DNA of 64,000 nucleotides from Massalongia carnosa (Eukaryota): NCBI GenBank assembly GCA_965645245.1, contig OZ287076.1, positions 1 to 64,000 of the forward strand, read 5' to 3'. Shown piece by piece: positions 48,811 to 61,562 of this stretch (position 1 is its first letter; each line of letters starts with the position of its first letter). The notes under the pieces were generated by a model. It saw only the letters and a program-made list of their open reading frames with translations, ran no database searches and was not told where the DNA came from. The position numbers and the translations under genes were made by a program.

Positions 48811-51800
48811 TTAACTCGTGGATTGTTCGGTTGCTATCCTCACGTCTCCAAATTGGCCGAGGAGACGTGAGGATAGCATGAATTTGGATGCTGTCTTGGC
48901 CAGTCTGGGGGTGCTAAAAATTTCTTGGAGATCGAACACCTTCCGGCCTATCCAGATAGTCTCCATGCGCAATCGATGGTGCCTGACGCGCTCCAGAAGC
49001 ACATGATGAACTGTTTGATAACCGAAGCCGCATGGACATTCGCCCGTTTCGGTGCGGCCTATATCTGAGAGATACTTGCGGAGACCAATCTTATCTGTTC
49101 TCATCTGCACCAGGGTGGAACTCATTGACTTGTGAAGCCCCTGGTAGAGTTGCAAGACCTTGTTAGTGGGCTGGGGGAGGAGCTTTTTCGTCATCTGTCC
49201 GCGTTTTTCTGCCTCTCAATCCCCAGCCCATTCTTTGCTGATCATTGTCCTCATGTTGCGTTTGATCGCCGACTTCACTGTGTGTCCGAGGAAGTCGAAG
49301 TGGGTGATGGAGGGACTCTGGCCAGGTTCTAACCAGCCTGATGCTTCTTTTGCTGCTTGGTCTGCTATCTCGTTGCCTTCTACTCCCATATGCCCAGGTA
49401 TCCAGCAGAGTCTGACTCTAGCCTGCATCTCCCGGCATGCGTAGAGTTTTCCAATGATCTCGCGTAGTATGAACTGACCTGATTGAGTTCCGGGGTCGGC
49501 TACTGATTTGATGGCTGATTGATTATCTGCAAAAACCGTTATTATCTCCCCTTGCCATCGTGTAATAGCCGTCGCCAGTCCCTGGTCGATGCCCACTTGT
49601 TCCGCGAGGTAAACTGTGGCTTCTTTGTTCGTTTCGAGGCGGGTTCCTACCCGTGTGTTGTCGCTGGGGATGACCGCTGCCGCACCAACTCCGAAGGGGT
49701 TATCACTCCCATCCGTGTATATGACTATTTGGGTCGGCTCTGATATCATCTTGTCATGCTCTTTAATTGCTTCCTCTTTACTGGAAGCAATGTGCGTTTC
49801 GGGGGGAGACCACCATGGTTCCACTATGAATGGAAGAATGACCTCTAACCGCCAGGGTTGAGGGCATTTCCCCGAAGTCATTAAGCGGGACTCTAGCTTA
49901 GCTAGAGGGATCCATTATCGATAGTGGGATTCCGCTTGGCTTGTCCAGGCGCGGATCTCACGTATTATGGCGTAAAGGGGGCTTGAACCTATGCGCAGTA
50001 GTGACTCGTTCACTGCCTGCTCTATGCGTTGCCGGCCAGGCAGGAGGTGAAGCTCCATATCCAAGGCCGGGCCCGAGGTTGTTCTAAATGCCCCTGAAAT
50101 GATCAGTGCCGCCCGTCGCTGAATAGATCTGACGGCTTGAGCACGGCGGTTGCTTGCGTGATAGTCCCGTATCCGCCCTCGGGAACATACCATGCAGAGC
50201 ATCCAAAGGTGAGTTGCGGTAGTATGGTGGCTTGATAGATCCTTCGAAGACTCGCAAGACTGGTGCCCCCTGTGGAGCTCGCAAGGCTGCCTAGGGCCCC
50301 CAGTCTCTTTGAGGTTTTGGCTTCCAGTTTCCTTAAATGGGCGTGCCATTTAAGCTTGTCGTCGAATGTGGCGCCCAGGTAGGTAGCGGTATGCTGTGGC
50401 TTGATGGTTTTACCCGCTAGGGAGATAGCTCTCTCCCGGGGGTTCAAATCCGTCTCTGAGGGTCCTTTGATAAAGTGCAAGAGCTGGAATTTGGCGGGGG
50501 CAAATTTGGAGGCGTGTGTCTCCGCCCATTTCTGCTCCCTCGTCATGAATGAGGCTTCGAGATTTCTACAGTTCTGTTCTGCTGAAGTTCCAATAATTAG
50601 TTTGGATATGTCATCGACATAGCCCAAGTTCATCTTTTTGGGCCCTTCCTCTTCCATAAGGTCGGCGTTGTAGAAGAGATAAAGAATAGGAGATATAGGG
50701 GATCCCTGAGGGACTCCAAAGTTCGTGGTGAATGGTTGCGAGGTGTAGTTGGGCATGGCGATGGTCGTTTTCCTTTCCTGAAGGAAGCTTTCGATCCATT
50801 TAGCTATGTTGCCGCCTATTCTTCTCTTCCGTAGGTTGTGCAGTAGTCTTTCGTGGGATACGTTATCGTAAGCACCCGAGATGTCCAGCATGAGCACTGT
50901 GGCCACTTCGTTGTTAAGCCAGGCTGCGTGGATGGCCTCTAGGAGCAGATGGAGGGCGTGTTCGGGTGATCTAGCGCTCCTGCCGCCTATATGGAGTCTG
51001 GGGAGTAGGCTCTCGGTCTCCACCGCGTGATTGATTCTGGTTGCAATGATCTTCTCCATAGTCTTACCTAAAGTGTTGAGCAAGGCTATGGGTCTGTATG
51101 AATTCGGCAAACTGTAGTCGGCCTTAGCTGGTTTTCTGAGAACCACCGTGGTGGATTCTCTGAAAGCATTGGGGTGATGACCCAGTTCCCAGCTGACGTT
51201 ATACAGAGCTACAAGTGTGGGCATGATGAGCGGTAACACATCTTTGAGGATTCTATTAGGCAGTCCGTCGGGGCCTGGGGCCGAGAGTGGTGCTGCCTTT
51301 GTGATGGCTTTAGTTATTTCCCGAGCTGAGATGGGAGCAAATTGGATTGGCTCTGGATAGTGATAATCGGCGATGTCTTCAAGATTGGTCGCGTCCGGGA
51401 TAGGAAAAAACTGTCTGCGAAGCAGTTCAGCCTTGCCCGAGGCCTCCGTCACTTTGGAGCCATCGCTTTTCATTAGGGTTGGGGTGAAGGCTTGGAATGG
51501 GGTCGACCTGTTCTTAGCCCATTTCGCAAGCTTCCAGAGACCATCTGGAGTGCTGGTGGCCTCCTCTACCCTGTCCCTATGTGTTGTCTTGAGAGCTTTT
51601 TGTACGATTTTGTTTTTGCTGTTTCTCGCCTCTCGGTAGGCTTCCCAGTCTTCCAGAGGGCGCGTTTCCTTATGCTTGCGCCTAAGACGTCTGCATAGGG
51701 TGACTGCCTCTTTGCATTCCGGGGTAAAGCCAGGTTTTGAATGATTGCACATTCTAGAAAGTGGGACTGCTATTTCCACTGCGTGCTAGATAGCTTCAAC

Positions 51801-52664
51801 TAACTCATGGGCCAAGTTGTCGAGTTCTTGAACTGTGCTCACAGTCCTAGGTGCCGGGAGCTTGTCTGTCAGCGTGTCTAGTAGCTTTTTCCTATCAGTC
51901 TTAGACCACATGCGAGAGGACCTTATGGCCCTCTTAACTGTGGTGATATCGAATGCTGTGCCAATGGGGTAGTGATCTGAGTCACTATCCAACTCTCTTC
52001 TCAAATCGCACATGAGTACGGCTGAAGCCACTGCAGGGGTTGCGAACGTTAAGTCTATCGTGCTCTGTGCTGATCTATGATCGTATGTTATGGTGCCAGG
52101 GGGGAGCAGAAGTTCTAGCTCGTTTTGATCGAGAATCTCCAGTAGTTGGTCTGCCTCCGGATGTTGATGATGGTAGTCTTCGCCAGTCCATAGGGGATGG
52201 TGAAGATTGAAGTCCCCTACCACTATGTGTTCTCCCTCCACCTCTAGCGCCTTGCTTAGGTCTGGCAAGGTGCTGTAGTTTCCCTGAAAGGGGGAGGGAT
52301 TGTAGATGTTATGGATATTGATGATTCGCTGGGTTTCGCCAGGAAATTCCAAGTGCAAAGTCATCAGATCGGGAGAGTGGAAGGTTACCTTCCAAGAGGC
52401 GCCTGCTATGTCTTTGTTGACGAACATGCATACTCTCGGAGGGAGCTCTTGTTCTCTTGTTTCGGGGGGATAGAGAAGGTGAAAAACATTTTTGACCGGA
52501 TTGTGCGTGGTGTGCTGATAGGGGTTCCTAGCCCAGGGTTCCTGGATGGCCAGGATGCCGTATTTCATGGTTTCCTCCCTGCGAAGGAAGTCCGCCATGA
52601 CAGTGTTCTTGGATTTGTTGCAGTTGTACTGAAGTATGGACAGATAGTGGGTGTATTCACTCAT
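48811..52664 (-). pseudogene. LINE ORF2: APE endonuclease, RT, RNase H, CCHC
   Basis: LQYNCNK, AIQEPW, GDFNLHH, SDHYPI; YRPIALLN, GVPQGSPISP, YVDD; IYTDGS, WIPGH..GNEIAD; CPCG..HVLLE. Stops at 51786 and 49216 plus frameshifts. Confidence 0.93.
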
Positions 52665-54454
52665 AGTTCCTCTTCTGTCTGAGTACTGGGCTGCAAGCGA
52701 CGGGTTGCCGATCTGGTGGTCATTGAAGAACTATCGTCGTTCTCCTTATCGCTCAAGACCTCCACAGCCTTCGAGGAGGGTTTCTTCTTTCCCTTCTTAG
52801 AAGCTGCTTGTGCCATGCTCCTGTTGGTAGAGCTGGGGTCGTCTGCCAGGGGATCTACCTCCCCATGCGCCCGCTTCTTCCCCTTGCGGAGAGTTGGCAC
52901 GGTTTGCCAATCTTTCTCTCGTACAGAGCCCGTTCGAGGGCCCTGTTCCACCTGGGTTAAGGCTGGGGTCACCTCACTGCTTGTCGTGACCGTCGGCGTG
53001 GTCGATGCCGGCGGACTGCTCCGTTCTTGTTCCTGACCATTTAGGGTCTCCCTTGAGGAGGCCCTGAGAGGCCAGAAGGGGAGAGCTTCTTCTTTGGCCC
53101 GCTTCATTCGGGCCTTTTCCTTCTTTCGCTCCGGGCAAGACTCTGCGCTTGCCCCGTGGCCCTCCTTGCCACACGCATTGCATTTGAGAGTGACCGATTT
53201 GCAATCGGTCATGTGGTGACTTTCGGAACATTTGAAGCATGTTTGATGCTTCTGTCGGCAAGCATGGCTCGTGTGACCATACTTACCGCACCGGAAACAT
53301 TGCCTAAGCCTGGCCTCCGGAACATGTCTTTCCACCGCGAAAGATCTCCCATCCAAATATAGCTGCGAGGCCAAAATGGCGTTGCAGTCTAATTCGTTCT
53401 CAAAGTATACCACCATGGATCTAGCTGTGGCTCCTGCCTTACTCGTGCGGGACAACCATTCTACTCCTGTTACCCTATTCCTAACGGGCATATGTGACTT
53501 ATTTTCCTCCCAGAGGCGTTCCTTGATGTCTGTCATGCTTAGATTAGCCGGTACAAAGTGCGCGATTAAGCCGAAGCTTGGCTGTATTATAGTAGCTTTG
53601 CTCGATAGCCTGATGGCCCATCGGGTGTCTTTTCTTAGGCGTTCCGTGTCTGAGGCGTTGTTGACTATTACCTGTAGGTCTCCGCTAGGGAGGACCCTTG
53701 CTGCTATTGCTACGGCTGCTGCCGTGGCTGTGCCATTGGAAATAGGGGGGGAGGGAACGTTTTGATTGGTCGGAATTCTCGTGTTGTTATGATCCTTTAA
53801 CGCATTAGATATTGCCGCGTTGATTCTGTCTTTGAGCGCTAAGAAGGCCAGTTTGGCCAGATCCTTTGCTATGGCTTCGTTGTTCAGTTTGACGTCGATT
53901 TCACGAGCTTTCTCTTCTAGTATAGGAGCAGGGATGGACGTCCCCGAAAGCGTAGAGATCGTTGGGGCCGAGGCAGCAAAGGCTGCCCGTTCTGCCCAGG
54001 TCATCGTCCTCTTGTAGCCAGTAGTGGCCGCGGAGGAGGTAGTGGGTGTTGTGTGGGCGGTGTCTTGCTTGCGCTCGACGTAGGTGACTTTCGTGAGCGT
54101 TTGCTCTGTAGTGTTCTTTATTTGGTTGATGGTAGCTTGGAGCTGATCCATCGTGGGCTGGTTGCGCATCTTCTCCAGTAGGCTGAGCATACTGGAGAGT
54201 AGCAGGGTGTAAGACTGAACCTTCATAGGTCGTTGCTTCTGATATGCCTCGCAGTTAGTTAAGTTATTAAGCACATTGGTGAGGAAGTGCGGGGGGGGCG
54301 TCGTTGGGCACGACAAAAGAGCTCCCCATGGTTGCCACAATGCAGCCACAACAGAAGGGACGATATAACTTTCGGCCAAGATAGCTACAGAGTCGGGGAG
54401 CAATTCTACGTGATTACAATGACTATTGAGGGCTTGTATGGGTAATGAATGCAA
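52661..54454 (-). CDS. LINE ORF1 gag-like protein with three zinc knuckles
   Basis: CFRCGKYGHTSHAC, CFKCSESHHMTDC, CNACGKEGHGASAESC. The true start codon is uncertain. Confidence 0.85.
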   Translation of the reverse strand: MHSLPIQALNSHCNHVELLPDSVAILAESYIVPSVVAALWQPWGALLSCPTTPPPHFLTNVLNNLTNCEAYQKQRPMKVQSYTLLLSSMLSLLEKMRNQPTMDQLQATINQIKNTTEQTLTKVTYVERKQDTAHTTPTTSSAATTGYKRTMTWAERAAFAASAPTISTLSGTSIPAPILEEKAREIDVKLNNEAIAKDLAKLAFLALKDRINAAISNALKDHNNTRIPTNQNVPSPPISNGTATAAAVAIAARVLPSGDLQVIVNNASDTERLRKDTRWAIRLSSKATIIQPSFGLIAHFVPANLSMTDIKERLWEENKSHMPVRNRVTGVEWLSRTSKAGATARSMVVYFENELDCNAILASQLYLDGRSFAVERHVPEARLRQCFRCGKYGHTSHACRQKHQTCFKCSESHHMTDCKSVTLKCNACGKEGHGASAESCPERKKEKARMKRAKEEALPFWPLRASSRETLNGQEQERSSPPASTTPTVTTSSEVTPALTQVEQGPRTGSVREKDWQTVPTLRKGKKRAHGEVDPLADDPSSTNRSMAQAASKKGKKKPSSKAVEVLSDKENDDSSSMTTRSATRRLQPSTQTEEEL

Positions 54455-55199
54455 TTTCTAGTGCTAGCTAAAAAGTGGATTTACCATGTTTAATCATGTA
54501 TCCGGGCCCGCTAGGCCGGCTAAGCGAGGCCGACCGAGCGGTCACGGATAAGGTAAAAGAGAATAATCGTGCCGAGTCAGGGTCTAGACTCGGTTGGGGT
54601 TTAGTGTTTTGGCACGATTACTCATAATTTATTACCTCCGTGCCTCCGTACCTCCGTTACTTTAAAGCAGTCGACACTCACCCAAATCTCGAAGTAACTA
54701 TCAGCGACTTTCAAGTGCTTGCGAGAGAAGGGCTAGCGAAAGACTAATGTGACAACCATTCTCAAAGCTACGTGTTCCTTTACATGCTAACTTTGGCAGG
54801 ATCCTTTCATTTTCAAGAATAGGAAATATAATTAACCCACAATCGATCTGTGGAAAGTTTAGCCAAAACATTACCCTTACTTCAGATGACAAGAGTTTGC
54901 TATCATCAATTTGCCTTCCCAAGAAGCCAGTGTAGAAGCTTGTCTATCTCCTCCTTGTGCTCCATCGCAATATTGGGCCGAGTTTGGGGAATATACTTCC
55001 AGTTCATCAAGACTTCGAAGTTTCCGTAATCATAAGTCGATTGATTGACTTCCCAGACTGTGTTGTCTGCCTTACCGAAGCATCTCAGCTGAACTTGCGC
55101 CACGATATCATATATCAAACTCAAGTCAACGCTTTCTTTCTCACTTGGTGCTTTTGACAACTAATTATCCCCAGTAAGTTTGTACGACCGGCAATACAT

Positions 55200-58100
55200 A
55201 TGACATCAACACAGGTCGCACGGCCGACCACGTAAGTACACCTAACCCTCGTTTGCGACAAGGCTCTGCTGACTTTGCGCCTTTGCTGAAGAAATGACCT
55301 TTGGGCAAGTGCGAAGGCTGAGATGAGTAAGGAAGACCAAAAAAACATATACTTTGACCGCTCCAACAAGCTTGACATCTTGTCTGATCTACACCAAGTT
55401 ACCAAGAAGGCAAAGCAAGAGTGTATCAAGAAAAAATGGCGATACACGAGAACGAGTGGAGAGACGGTCATATTCGTGGACCTATTTGGCAAGATCTTCA
55501 AGTGGATTAATCTTTTTAAGCAAGTCGGGGACATGGCTGTTCAGTATGATCCGGTTCATGCTGCGCTTCCTTGGGCTGGTATTCGATTTCTCCTGCAGGT
55601 TTGTGATGTTGAAAATAGCGAAAGATATTACTAAAACCTCTATAGATTGCCGTCAATGATTCCCATAAATATGCTTTCGTGGTCGAAAGTGCGGCTTCGA
55701 TTGGGGAAATCATTTGTCGATATGCTGTATTCGAGGACGTCTACCTGCAGTACCCATCCGCTGCTGCTGATGAACTTCGGAGAGCTCTAGTTATGTTTTA
55801 TGCAGCGATTATGATCTATTTATCGAAGGTTAAGAGCTACTTTGAACAGAACTCTGCAGGTTAGTTTTGCATTTCAATAACAGAATATATATTGATGACA
55901 TTTACAGTGCGTACATTGAAGAGCGGACTTCTGGCAAAGTCAGACATTGAGCCATTCTTTGGTGCCATTGCTACCGCTCAAAAGACCGTTGATCGTTGTT
56001 CCTGTGTGGTTGGAATGCAAGGTAAGCTTGCTCGATAGGACTTCTATTTTCTGAATTCTTTACTAATGAACCTAGAACAAATAAATCAACGCATGGACTT
56101 GAAAAGACTTCTCAAGCGTATCGATGGCCCAATAAAACGAATGAGTGCGGATTTAGTAAACATTAAAGATGATTTTGAGTGTAAGTTGTTAAAATCAACA
56201 TCAGAGCCTCAACTCATGAGCCCTAGCATCAAAGAGAAATAAGATTCTAGACTGGATGTCCCCCGTACCATATAGACAACATCATAATCAGACTAATGAA
56301 GAAGTGTTACAGGGTACTGGACAATGGCTGCTTTCGAATCCAGTTTTCAAAACGTGGAAGGAAGAAAGTGTATCTTCTATCTTGTGGCTTCAAGGGATTC
56401 CAGGTTCTGGGAAGAGCAAGCTGGTGTGAGTACTGTACAGCTATCTCGGAAAGATAAATGCTTACGGTTAACATAGATCTATTTTGATTGAAGATGCCAA
56501 AAAAGCCTTCGATAATGGCCAAAGCCCAGCTCCAGTCTTTTTCTACTGTTCACGAAACACCGCTGAACCTGCGCGTTCAAACCCTGATGCAATCGTAGCG
56601 ACTATCGCACGGCAATTGTCTAGCCGTCAACCGGGACACTCTCTACTCCCTCCAACGGTGGCAGCCTACAAGAAACGAGAAATGGAGGGATCCGCCTCGG
56701 AATCATTAGGTATAAATGAGAGTCGTCTACTAATCCTCCAGCTTGCCGAGCATTATCAATTAACAACCATTGTGATCGATGCGCTTGACGAGTGCGACCC
56801 AGAGAAACGGACAGTTCTTTTGGAAACCTTAGAATTAATTCTTCAAGAGTCCTCAAGCTTGGTGAAGATCTTTGTGTCGAGTCGAGATGATCAAGATATT
56901 GTTTTGTCTTTGCGAGACTACCCTAATCTTGAGCTCTCATCTGAAATGAACAAGGATGATATCTCGTCGTTTATTACCGCTGAGACCGACAACCTTATCA
57001 AGAGAAAGAGGCTACTAGCTTTAAGCACCAACAAGGAGAAGTTGAAGATCGAGATTATGGAACAGGTCACAAAAAACGCTGATGGGATGTCAGTACTGTC
57101 CAGCAATGCGAGCCATATTTATGCCCCACTAATGTGATCACCAGGTTCCGGTGGGCTAGCCTCCAACTGCAAAGCTTATGCAGCGCTCGGACTGATGAAG
57201 CTATTCGGGAAAGGCTCGGGCAACTGCCACCAAATCTGGAAGACCTTTATCTTGAGCTATACGAGAAGTTGACCAAAACCTCAGCAAACGCCGATCGCGA
57301 AGTGACTATCAACGCTTTCAGCTGGCTCCTCTGCGCCCAGAGAAAGCTGACATCTAGAGAATTTCTCGCGGCAATGTCAACGACCCCACGGCGACAGTTC
57401 CGCGAGCTGACGAAAGAGCATATTTTGGAGATGTGCTCTAACATGGTTGTTTTCGATTCAACACTCGATACGTTTCGATTTGCCCATCTGTCGGTGAGAG
57501 AATTTTTGGAGAAGCGGCCAGAATATACTAGAGAAGCGACAAACGCCCTGGCTGCTGAGACATGTCTCTTAGACGTATTAAGTGCTGCCGACAACCCAAC
57601 AACAAAAAGACTTCTTTCTAAATACGGACAAGATTCATTAAACTCAACTCTTTCACATGACCTTAGACACTACTCGAATGTCTACTGGGCTCCGCATTGT
57701 CAGCTAGCTGCTAAACAAAGGACTGCCGATGTGCTTAACGACCTCCTTTATCATTTTCTCTCCAACGAATCGGACTCAGGATCCGCTATTGCTGTATGGG
57801 CTAGCCTGATTAAGGAAAGGCTTTACGATTACTCGATTGAAATGGAACTAAGGGATAAATTTAAAGACACTAGCGCTAAAGAGGGCAGAGCTCTCTTTGT
57901 TGCCTCCTGTTTTGATTTGCAGGAAATTGCTAGAATCCGGGCAAATTTCGGAGACAACATAGTGAACACTCAGAGTCGGACATCTTTGGAAATCGCTGTT
58001 AAATATGGTAGTTGTGATGTAGTTTCGATCTTGCTGAAAAATAAGCTTACGATAATATCAGAAGAGGTGGTGAAGGCAGCGGCGGGAAATTCCGGGAATG

Positions 58101-59104
58101 GGAAAGAGGTGATGACGCTCTTGCTTGAGCAGCGCGGGGCAGATGTGATGATTACGGAAGAGGTGGTGAAGGCAGCGGCGAGAAATGAGGAAAATGGGAA
58201 AGAGGTGATGACGCTCTTGCTTGAGCAGCGCGGGGCAGATGTGATGATTACGGAAGAGGTGGTGAAGGCAGCGGCGGGAAATTCCGGGAATGGGAAAGAG
58301 GTGATGACGCTCTTGCTTGAGCAGCGCGGGGCAGATGTGATGATTACGGAGGAGGTGGTGAAGGCAGCGGCGGGAAATTCCAGGAATGGGAAAGAGGTGA
58401 TGACGCTCTTGCTTGAGCAGCGCGGGGCAGATGTGATGATTACGGAAGAGGTGGTGAAGGCAGCGGCGGGAAATTCCTGGAATGGGAAAGAGGTGATGAC
58501 GCTCTTGCTTGAGCAGCGCGGGGCAGATGTGATGATTACGGAAGAGGTGGTGAAGGCAGCGGCGGGGAATGAGGAAAATGGGAAAGAGGTGATGACGCTC
58601 TTGCTTGAGCAGCGCGGGGCAGATGTGATGATTACGGAAGAGGTGGTGAAGGTAGCTGCGACATGCGGGCAAGATGGGGTCTTAAAAATAATCGAAGAAA
58701 AGTTTAAGATCTCCCCTTCCAAAGAAGAATGGTCGATCGCCCAGTTTTATAACGCAGCAAAATTTGGAAAGGCGTATACAATCCAGAAACTACTAGCAGA
58801 AGGGGTCAAACCTGATCTAAAAAATTCTCGGCATGTGTCTCCACTTTGGATTTCCGCAGCATATGGCCACCTTAGAGTAGTTCAACTACTACTTCGTACT
58901 AAAATTGTCGACGTCAATACGAAGAGTATATCTGGGCGGCCTCCTATCTTTTGGGCAGCAGCAGAAGGTAACAAAAATATCGTGAAACTATTGCTGACAG
59001 CAGGGGCAGATCGTACTCTCGAAGATATAGATGGAAAAACTCCGCTGTCGGTGGCCAAGAAAAATGGACATGACAAGATTGCAAAAATGTTGTCTGGTGG
59101 GTAA
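55200..59104 (+). CDS. Fungal NLR-like protein: helical N-terminal domain, NACHT NTPase, six 32-aa repeats, ankyrin repeats (8 predicted exons, apparently intact)
   Basis: ATG at 55200. Predicted GT-AG introns ~55232-55291, 55599-55645, 55860-55907, 56022-56076, 56181-56226, 56426-56477, 57089-57144. Walker A GIPGSGKS, Walker B TTIVIDALDEC, KIFVSSR, GMFRWA, FAHLSVREFL, ankyrin motifs SPLWISAAYGH and TPLSVAKKNGH. Confidence 0.9.
58058..58651 (+). repeat. Six tandem 96-bp (32-aa) coding repeats plus a partial unit, right NLR copy
   Basis: Same unit as the left copy; xx = SG, EE, SG, SR, SW, EE. Confidence 0.97.
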
Positions 59105-61562
59105 AAATGCAATGGCCCAGTTGAGAGAAGCTTCTTCATTGTTTATCGGGTTTCGGTGACGATCTCCTTCACAATGATATGTCGTCTTGAGAAGCGACAG
59201 AGCATCTAGAGATCCTGTTGGAAAACTTCACTTATGCTTGATCTGTCTCATTTGCTCGTACCGTGATGGCTGAACTTCTGACACTTATTGATGCTTTTAC
59301 AACAGAAAATGTCTATCGCCCTTCAAACAGATGACAAGCCTTGTGACCGGCTCAGGCCGATGACATGAAGAGAGAGATGGAAAACAGTCCATATTCAGTT
59401 ATACGCAACGAATGCGGCTCTGAGATGAAGCAAGACAACAAGACTTCAGATTGAAAGACAATCGATTTCAATATCAGACGCAAATGCGCATTTGACCTTG
59501 ATCATATCACGTCAGAGAGTTCGATGTGAAGAGAAGCTATCCTTCATTTCGACAATTCAACTGAACAATTATTTGTCGTTGAGGTTCATATTTATGCATG
59601 ACACGAATTCCTTCTTGATCGTCAGTCGACGAGCTTCACATCTCATTGAAACATGGCAAGAGAACGCAGCTATTTCAGAAGATGAGCGAAGGGTCTAGAC
59701 TCTGTCGTTGACAGTCCTGTTTCTCCTGTTGATCAGCTATGTGTGACGAGTGCTTTTCAGCTCCTGAATCAGGAGCTGGAAAAGTTAAGCAGGTCCCGAT
59801 ATGGGAGATGAAGAACTTCATCGCTCTTTACGCCTTTCTGCCTGGCTTCAACGCCTAACAAGCAGGTTGCACTACTTTCTGAATCACATTCAATACTGCC
59901 CCACACACATTGCTTCCTCATGAAAGAAAGAGCCCATAAAGATACCTTGTGTATAAATCTTCTCATACTAACGTTAGTACAGTGTGTCTCATCGTGAATA
60001 TACTAGAAACTTCAGCTGGCTTATTCGCAGCAACTGCACCTTTCTAGTCATCTTATGAATTCGTCTCACTCGCCCCGACACGCTCTCTCATAGGCTGCTC
60101 AGCCTAGCTCACCTATCTCTCCTGCGATTTCAATTGTTCAGTCTGCGTCATCTGCTCCGTCCGTTTTATCTGCTCCGTCTGGCCCTAGCTACATTCGCAG
60201 CAGCCACATGGTTTGTCATTCCTGAGCCATGTTATGATATCGATTCACCTGCGACAACACATCAGTCAACAGGATGTCGAACAAGTGAAGGACTACGAAC
60301 ACCTGCTACTCAGAATAAAGATTTCGGTACCTCTCATTCGCTTTGCAATCAGCTCAATCGGCCCGCAGTCGCTCTGCAGTCATCATGATCCACTTCTCGA
60401 CCACCGCATATCATATCAACCATGTCGAGCACAGTTCTCAGCTTTGATACTCTTCAAACCCAAGAGCGAGCTCAACGAAACAAAATAAGGATCAGCTTCT
60501 GGATTTGGACAAGAATCATGGTTGCATCTCAGTGCCTGTTGACTACGTTGAGAAGTTAGGATACGACGGCGTGGGAGAGTTGATATTTTTAGGGGGGTAG
60601 GAGGATAAGACGAGAGAGAATGAGAGAGGATGAGAGAAGAAGAGACAAGGCAGAGTGAAGAGAGGGAGAGAAACAAGCCACGCAGCTCCTACAAGGGATG
60701 GTGTTAAGCGTTTTGAAACTTACAGAATCCTGGTGCGAAATGCGAAATACGGAAAGTGTACCTCGCACAAGAAACTTGCCACGCTCAAATCTTAGTTTCT
60801 TTGATTAGCGTTTTGACACTGGTACAAATGTTAGTATTAGCCTACATTGTACTTCCGAATTAGCGCCGACTTACTTATTTTACATGAATCTCCCTAAGAG
60901 ATAAAGCTGAGTGCTAATGTTTATCTAGTATCCGTGCTACTTGATGACTCGAAGGGTCAGAAGATATTTCAGCTTTTGGCTTCTGTCCTTAACATCGAAT
61001 CCCTATGAAAATCGAACGAAGGCTTAGATCTTTACTGAAAAGCTGAACTGAATCATGACAAAGCGCTTTTCACGATTTCCGATGTTCTAGAGAAGTTTGC
61101 ATTGCCGATCACGTCAGTTTGCTAGCGCAGGATGAGACTAGTACGTCCATCGCGTTCGGAAATTAAGGATAGAGCTTCAGAGCGCGTTTTCACATACCGA
61201 AGAATATCAATCGCCCGAGTTGCTTACTGACGACGGGAATACCTCTCAAGGCGAAGGCACTCAAAGCCCAGCCCTGTGCGTTACAGATGCTCTGAAGAAC
61301 GATTAGGAGAATCTCAAGTGCCCACACGTCGAGTGCAACACCTACGGTCACGACAGAAACGTGTCGCGTCTAGTGGGGGTGAGGAGTCATGTGTCTTGAC
61401 GTTAGCTGGATGGCGCTCTGCATTTAACGAGTATCAATTTTTAGAATTAACTATGAGTAGAGTCTTCTGTGACGAGGCGGCAACGGGGGGGCCTATTCAG
61501 GTGGTGAAGGTGATGGCATTGCTAGCTATGACTATACTAGATAGACAAGACGAACACAAGGA

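Larger units (their letters stand above)
48442..54545 (-). mobile_element. Tad1-like LINE, near full length, ORF2 disrupted
   Basis: (AATC)7 3' tail at 48442-48469. ORF1 and ORF2 overlap at ATGA (52661-52664). Candidate 8-bp TSD GGATAAGG (48434-48441 / 54546-54553). Confidence 0.92.

Noticed and set aside
55242..55250. CCTAACCCT in NLR intron 1 as an interstitial telomere
   Set aside because: Only 1.5 units, expected by chance.
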